This document shows positions 57,478 to 64,000 of a stretch of 64,000 nucleotides of DNA, piece by piece. The stretch is taken from NCBI RefSeq assembly GCF_009914755.1, contig NC_060929.1, one strand, 5' to 3'. The first letter of the stretch is position 1, and each line of letters opens with the position of its first letter. The notes under the pieces were generated by a model. The model saw only the letters and a list, made by a program, of their open reading frames with translations. It was not told where the DNA came from and made no database searches. The position numbers and the translations under genes were made by a program. The DNA comes from the human T2T-CHM13v2.0 reference genome, Homo sapiens.

Positions 57478-58592
57478 GTGCGCCCCACCCTAAAGTAGGT
57501 GGTTTGACGGAATGGTGAAATGGCCTTTTGAAGACTACAGCAGCAGCTAGGTAGCAGTGCCTTGCAGGGTTGAGGCAAGGTTTTCCAGAAAGCTGTATGT
57601 GTTCTGAATCCAGCAATACAAGGTATTGTTTCTCCCACAGTCAGGATTGCTGAATCAAAGGGTGAAAATGAGAGTGGCACCACTTACTCCTATGCCCGCC
57701 CAGTAACCTCTACTTGGAAAAATTGTTCTTTCTGTTCCCATGACTTTATGCTCTCCAGGCTTAGAGGTCTTAGTTCCAAAGGAGGAAATACTTCCACAAG
57801 GAAATACAGCAGTAATTCCACTGAACTGGAAGTTAAGACTGCCACTCAGACACTTTAGACTCCTCATGCATCTGAATGAACAGAAAAGATGTCAATTACT
57901 GTGCTGGCTGAGGTGATTAATCCTGACTACAAAGGAGAAATTGGACTGCTATTCTACCATGCAGATAAGGAAAAGTATATGTGGAATATGGCAGATCCCT
58001 TAGGGCATCTTAGTATTACCATGCCCTGTGATTAAAATCAATGGAAAACTACAACCCAATCTAAGCAGGACCACTAATAGCCCAGACCTTTCAGGAATAA
58101 AAGTTTGGGTCACACCACTGGGTAAAGAACCACAGCCAGCCAGGGTGCTTGCTGAAAGCAAAGGGAATACAGAGTGGGTGGTAGAAAGTAATTATAAATA
58201 TCAGCTATAATTACATGACCAGTTACAGAAATGAAGACTATAATTGTCAAGCGTATTTTCTCATTTTGTTAGAATATGTGTGTGTATCTCTTTGTTTTCT
58301 TTCTTCTCTCATTCCCTTATCATGTAACATAAGATATGTTGACTTTATATCATAGTATTTAGTATTGCTAATTTTATATGAGAGTATTTAAGTTGTGAAT
58401 ATCAAGGAGAAAAGTAAATATCACTCAAGAACTTTACCTTTTCTTCTAGGGCAGAGGCTAGTGCATTTTTGGTTGTATGCAGGATAGTTGTATCACATTA
58501 GGTGGAATTTTGACCTTATTATTGTCTTTATTTGAAGACTAAGTATGGCTTCAGGAGATATGTATGAGTGCCAAGTTGACAATGGATGCACT
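57478..58592 (+). mobile_element. ERVL/HERV-L-type internal 3' part (integrase end, dUTPase, PPT), degenerate
   Basis: Integrase ERWNGLLK-like DNA (GGAATGGTGAAATGGCCTTTTGAAG). dUTPase GLEVLVPKEEILPQGNTAVIPLNWKLRLP..VINPDYKGEIGLL. IKVWVTPLGKEP. Confidence 0.88.
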
Positions 58593-58957
58593 CGTGATGA
58601 TTAATTTTATGTGTCAACTTGATGGCCATAAGATGCCAAGTAGCTGGCTAAACATTATTTCTGAGTGTGTCTGTGAGGGTGTTTCTGGAAGAAATTAGCA
58701 TTTGAATTGGCAAACTGAGTAAAGCAGATGACCTTTCCAATGTGGGTGGCCATCAAACAATCCAAAAGGGCCTAAATAAAACAGAAAGGTAGAAGAAGGT
58801 TGAATTAATTCTGCCTGATTGACTGAGCTGGGAAACGGATCTTTTCCTGTCCTTGGTGCTCCTGGTTCTCAGGCCTTCAGACCTAGATAGGAATCTACAC
58901 TATTGATTCTGAGGTTTTTTAACTACACTGCTGGCTTCCCTGGGTCTCCAGCTTGCA
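58593..58957 (+). mobile_element. MLT2 (B/C/D-like) 3' LTR, truncated
   Basis: GTGATGATTAATTTTATGTGTCAACTTGA...GTGTGTCTGTGAGGGTGTTTCTGGAAGA...GGGTCTCCAGCTTGCA. Confidence 0.88.
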
Positions 58958-58959
58958 TA

Positions 58960-58973
58960 TACACACACACACA

Positions 58974-59025
<52 letters not shown>
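58960..59025. repeat. (CA)n microsatellite with (TA) interruption
   Basis: CA run, TATATATA, then about 21 CA units. Confidence 0.95.
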
Positions 59026-59029
<4 letters not shown>

Positions 59030-60060
59030 CAGACACAATGACCAGCATGCAGCAGATAACCAGATAGACAAGGAAATAAGACACCTTGAGCAATAACCAG
59101 CTCAAAGACATGATAATATAAATAAATTTAAAATACTGGAATTGTCAAACACAGACTGTAAAACTTCTAAGCCATAGAATCAACCTGATCTGCAGAAAAC
59201 AGGAAGTAATAAAAAGTGATATAGCAGATATTTAAAAGAAACAGAATGTCTAGAACTAAAAATGATATAACTTAAATTAAGAATTAAATAATGGGTTAAC
59301 TAGTACAGTAGACCCAACTGAAGAGAGGATTAGTATATTGGAAAATAGATCCAAAGAAATTATCTAAAACAGCACAGAAAAATGAAAAAATATAAAAAAG
59401 AAAAATTAGAGAGGATAAGAGACACATGTGGTAGAATAAGAAAACCTAAAATAGGTTTAAGATGAATCTCAGAAGGAGAATCAAGTAAAAATGGGGCAGA
59501 GGCAAATTTAAAGAGATAATTGCTAACAATTTCTGTAACGAAACCCGCAGATTTAAGGAGTGTATCACATGTCAAATGGTATATTTTTTAAAAATCCACC
59601 CCATCAAAATGAAGCTACAAAAAAAAAATCAAAGAGCAAATATTTTAAAACATGTAGAGAGAAAGATGCAAATTGTCGTCAAAGGCACTACAATTACACA
59701 GACAGTTGACTTTTCAACAGCCACATAGATGATTAGTGAGCAGTAGAAGAACATGGAGTCAAGTGTTAAAAAAAATCTACTGACCTAGAATTCTATACCA
59801 AACTAAGATATTCTTCAAGAATACAGAAGAAATGAGAACAAACATGAAATTTAAAACCAAAGCAAAAAAGTGGAGAGATGTTTATCACTGGCAGGCTTAC
59901 ATGAAAGAAAATTCTAAAGGATATAATTTAGACAGAAAGATAGTAATCCCAGATGGGAAGTCTAACATGTAAGAAGGACTAAAGAACAAACACAGTGAAA
60001 AATATGTAGGTAAACCTAAATGAACTATGATTGTATACAAAATAAGAGTATCTTATAAAG
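59030..60060 (+). mobile_element. Old L1ME-like ORF1 region
   Basis: CTGAAGAGAGGATTAGT...AATGGGGCAGAGGCAA...GACAGTTGACTTTTCAACAGC...CCTAGAATTCTATACCA. Confidence 0.7.
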
Positions 60061-60309
60061 TGTTTACAATACAAATTGTGTGTATATGCACATACACACA
60101 TATATAATGAATAACTGGAGATTTAACAGCATTCTTCTCTTGAGTCTTAGGTGAATTTGGTAAGAATGCCACCTATCAGTGTAAGAAGAAGCAGCTCAGG
60201 AAAGTTGTCTGAAAGACTCCTTGAGCCACAGCAGTCTTAAGCAGTTACGTATTTGGAGAGAAATACCATATTGTGGTCAAGTAAAGAATAGTGGACATCA
60301 AGGGGTGTT

Positions 60310-60770
60310 TTGTTTTGTTTTTCCTGTACTCACCTTCCTTTAATCTTGGAATAACACCTTCCTTGTCCTTGGGGAAACTCGTTCCCCATTCCTATGTTTT
60401 TATTGATGCTGTCAATCATAAATCCCAGTAGTCATGGGGATGGGCATATAGTCTAAGCCAAGTCAATCAGCATTTTTCCCTAGGATTTTTTTTTCAATTG
60501 GTGCTATAAAATGACATAAATCCCCCCCTGCTGAAAGCATATGAGTCAAGGGAGTGGCTGATAGTCAGTTTCCAACCAAGTGAAGGAAGCTGATCTTAGA
60601 AAATGAACTGGACAACAGAGAGGAGTAAAGAGGGAATCGCAAGAAGAGAAACTTGGTAGCATTCAACTCCTTTGTTCCATTAGCTCTGAGGGTTAGTTCC
60701 TTCTCTTACGAAATATTTACCTTTTTACCGAAGCAAGTTCAAGTCATAATTGTTCTGTGAAACACAAAGC
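60310..60770 (+). mobile_element. Old MLT1 (K/L-like) LTR
   Basis: GGGGATGGGCATATAGTCTAAGCCAAGTCAATCAG and 3' TTTTTACCGAAGCAAGTTC. Confidence 0.5.
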
Positions 60771-62012
60771 GAGGCAAGCAGTGCTGATGGCTGTGCTTAA
60801 GGATAAGTTTAAGGTATTAGAACTAAACCACAGAAACAGATCAGAGACCAGGAGAATGGAGGCAGATGACTCACTTAATTGGGATGGATCAAAGCAATTG
60901 AACAACTGCTTAGAATTGGCTAGAGGCCCATTTCTGAGTTTTTTTGTGTCTTTTTTCGCTATCTGCATTTTATGGGGACAGAAGAAACATACTGAAGAAG
61001 CCTTTGGATGTTGCACAGAACTCTTTTAAAAACTTTTATTTTAGGTTCAGTGGATATTTGCAGATTTGTTATATAGGTAAATTCATGTCACCGGGGTTTG
61101 GTGCACACATTAGAACTCTTGATATTAAAGTCATAGGTAATCTGTGGACAGTTATGGAGAACCAAGAGACCTGGATTTAAAAGTAGAAGGGTTTTCAGAT
61201 GCTACATGGATAAACATAAACAAGTTAAAAACAGTTTACAATAGTCAGAAAGCATTTATTTGTACCTATTAATTATTAGTTTTTAAATTTTGCTAGATAG
61301 CCATGTTAACTCACTGCTTAGGGATTAAAATTAGTACTAATTTATGCTATAGTAGTTACAAAGAGTTAGATATGTTTTGAAAATTTTGCACTACTTGGGA
61401 TCAATATCAATCCCAGGCATAAATACCCAGGAATGGAGCCAAAGGAAGGAGAGACAGGGCTTAGCTATGTTCTTTATTCTTGTACCTCACATCTACTCTA
61501 TCTGCCTGGGTCAAAAGCTCCCACCAGGGCCACTGGTTCCAGATAGATCCAACTTCCTCACAGCAACATATTATGAGAATGATGAGCAAATTCAGAAGCC
61601 AGGTATATTTTCCTGGCTTGATGCCTTAGACTTCCTTCCTGGGGAAATGACCCATTAACCATGTCACTAGATCAGACCTGCAAACCTCCAACCTCCAATA
61701 TACCTCTTTGGAAGCCCAAATTTAACCCAGGTGCTCCATGGCTTAATCTCTGTGTCCTCTCACACACCACTCATCGCAGTTCTTTTTTTGAAGTAAAGGT
61801 TCCATAAGTGTTTGGGGTCAGTATAATGTATTGAGAATTTAGTTTGCATGTGTTCCTTTGTACTTTTTTCCTTGCCCTTGTTAGCAGGGATCTAGGGTCT
61901 TATCATTTCTGTGCCACAGAAGCTTTTGCAAGGCAGAAAGCAAAAGCTATGGAAGATAAAAGGCTGTCCTTTGCAAAAGTCTAAGGTAATTAAAGAAAGA
62001 ATACTAAAGGCC

Positions 62013-62435
62013 TGTATTGATTTCCAAGGGCTGCTCTAAGAAATTGCCCATAAACCTGGTGGCTTAAAACAACACAAATTTATTATTTCATAGCTCTGGA
62101 GTGCAGAAGTCCAAAATTAAGGTATCAGCAGGATTGATTTGTTCTGGAGCCTCTGAGAAAGCATCTGTTTCATGCCTCTCTCCCAGCTCCTGGTGGCTGT
62201 TGGCAACTTTAGGCATTCCTTGGCTCTGTCTTCACGTGGCTTTCCACACTGGGTCTCTGTGCTTTCTTTGATAAGGACACTTGTCATTGGATTTGGGATC
62301 CACCCTAATCCAAGACGATCTCATATTGAGATCCTTACCTTAGTTCCATCTGAAAAAAAATATTATTCCAAATAAAGTCACATTTTGAGGGTCCAAGTGG
62401 ACATACTTTCAGGGGAATACCATTGAACCACTATA
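62013..62435 (-). mobile_element. MLT1C/B-like solo LTR
   Basis: TGTATTGATTTCCAAGGGCTGC...GGTGGCTTAAAACAACACAAATTTATT...ATAAGGACACTTGTCATTGGATTT...CCATTGAACCACTATA. Confidence 0.88.
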
Positions 62436-63635
62436 GAGCCTAAGTGGTCGATGAGTGAGAAGAAGGAGAGATTTTTCTCTTGACTAAATTATTTTGGAGC
62501 TATGGGGAGGGAGAGAGTAAAACCACATTACCATTTTGTAGCCATATCCCAAGGAGGAGATGAAATTTGGAGGGGAAGGCAGCATGGTACACCTACACAT
62601 AAGCAGGCTGAGCCCAAGGCCCTGCCTCCTCAGCCCCCAGCCTGACAGTGAATCTGTCACTCAGTGAAGAGCCATCAGACTTCAAGGGATTGCTGTGGGT
62701 TTGGCCATAAGAGATGAGAGGCAACCTGGATGTCCAGGCAATTGGAGACTCTTGCTCACTATCTTCTGAGCAAGATAAGCCTCCCCAGATTCCTGTGCAG
62801 CCTAGGAAGGGAGGGGCCCCAACAGCAACTGGACTGAATCTCTCACCAGACACTTGAACTGGCAGCTCAGAGTTGGACTTCTAAGTTTGAAGAAAATAAA
62901 GCTAAATTTTCCAGACTGAGATTCACTGTTGCTCTGTTAAACAAAATCCCCAAATACAAGCTCCATGGACTGATTGTAGTTGGCCTGGTTTTCCCAGGTT
63001 TCAGCCATGTGGCTCCTCCTCCTGCTACTATCCTTGTTAGTCCTGAGGTCCCCTGGTTAGCTCTGGGGAAGAGAACAGAGCAGATGCTGGGACACACTGG
63101 TGGGTTGTGGTGGTATCAGATCTATGGACAGAGGCCACCAGCCAAGACCACCTCCAGGGACTGAGCCTCCAAAAGAACACTGGGATACCTTCCTTTCTAG
63201 TTGTAATCCACCCACCACTTTTCATCTGGAATCATTTCTATAGGTAGGAAAAATAAAAGATGGGCCTTGTTGGTGAAATGCAAGGGGAGCCAAGCTCAGG
63301 TATCATGCAAGGCTATGCAATAGGAAAAGTGCAGAGCTGGGTGATCATTTCCACTATGTGGATGCAGTACAGTTGATGTGTACTTTGGGCTAGTTTGGTT
63401 TTTTAAATAGAACATTTCCCCTGCTAATAAGCTAGAGAGCTCAGTTCCTCTTTTTGTAAGTGGGTGTGGATGACGTAGTTCTATTGACACTTTGCTATGT
63501 TTTTTTCCAACTGTAGCTCTTTTATCTTCTCACACCTTTCAGCTACAGATTTATTCCTCATATTCACTCCTCTCTCTCCTACCTCCCTATTTCTATAGGT
63601 GTTTATGTCCTTTCAGTGAGCCCAGCACAACAGCT

Positions 63636-63872
63636 GCTGCCACTTATTGAGTGCTGACTGTGTGCCAGATGTGTTCAACACCATACATGTGCATATTTCT
63701 CTTAATCTTCCTTGCAACTTTAAGTGTATTATGTGTATTATCTCCAGTTTACAAATGAGGAAATAAGCCCAGAGAGGTTCAGTAACTTGCTCAAGATTGC
63801 ACAGCTCATAAGAGGTGGAACTGGAATTTGAGGTTATATCTGTCTGATATAAGGCCAAGCTTGCAGCACTGC
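63636..63872 (-). mobile_element. MIR SINE
   Basis: CACTTATTGAGTGCTGACTGTGTGCCAG...CAGTTTACAAATGAGGAAA...AGTAACTTGCTCAAGATTGCACAGCT. Confidence 0.9.
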
Positions 63873-64000
63873 TTCTTGGCACTGTGCTGTTCTGTGAGAT
63901 AAGAGGCAATTCTTGCAATTCTCACTTTAGTGTCTGTAATGTTGGTGGAGGGTGAATGAGTATTGCATCTCAGCTGCTGCTCGCAGGTAGTGGCAGGACC

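Noticed and set aside
63560-63620. Strong plus-strand splice acceptor at 63598
   Set aside because: Isolated signal with only a weak nearby donor, running into a MIR. No exon chain could be built.

Overview
Primate genomic DNA, most likely human or great ape (AluJ/S, L1PA2-4, THE1, MER61 and LTR9 are present). It is AT-rich, has no CpG island and is dominated by interspersed repeats. I cannot support any protein-coding gene, tRNA, rRNA or CRISPR array. The longer ORFs in the track are mostly L1, THE1-int or other repeat read-throughs. The largest repeat-poor stretches are about 3.0-8.8 kb, 10.8-12.4 kb, 19.6-21.2 kb, 25.3-27.1 kb and 60.8-63.6 kb. The interesting signal is structural. (1) A fossil nested double inversion at about 18,065-22,931, reconstructed because it splits both an L1MA and an ERVL pol fragment into collinear halves on opposite strands. 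(2) Three short locally templated insertions inside L1s. (3) A 5'-intact, 3'-truncated L1 bounded by TSDs. (4) A twin-primed L1PA. (5) Complete THE1 and MER61 proviruses and near-complete Tigger2 and L1MA elements. (6) A speculative minus-strand spliced transcript at 4.7-7.2 kb. I found no convincing new biological system. Repeat subfamily names come from recalled consensus sequences and need RepeatMasker/Dfam confirmation. Boundaries without a stated TSD are approximate.
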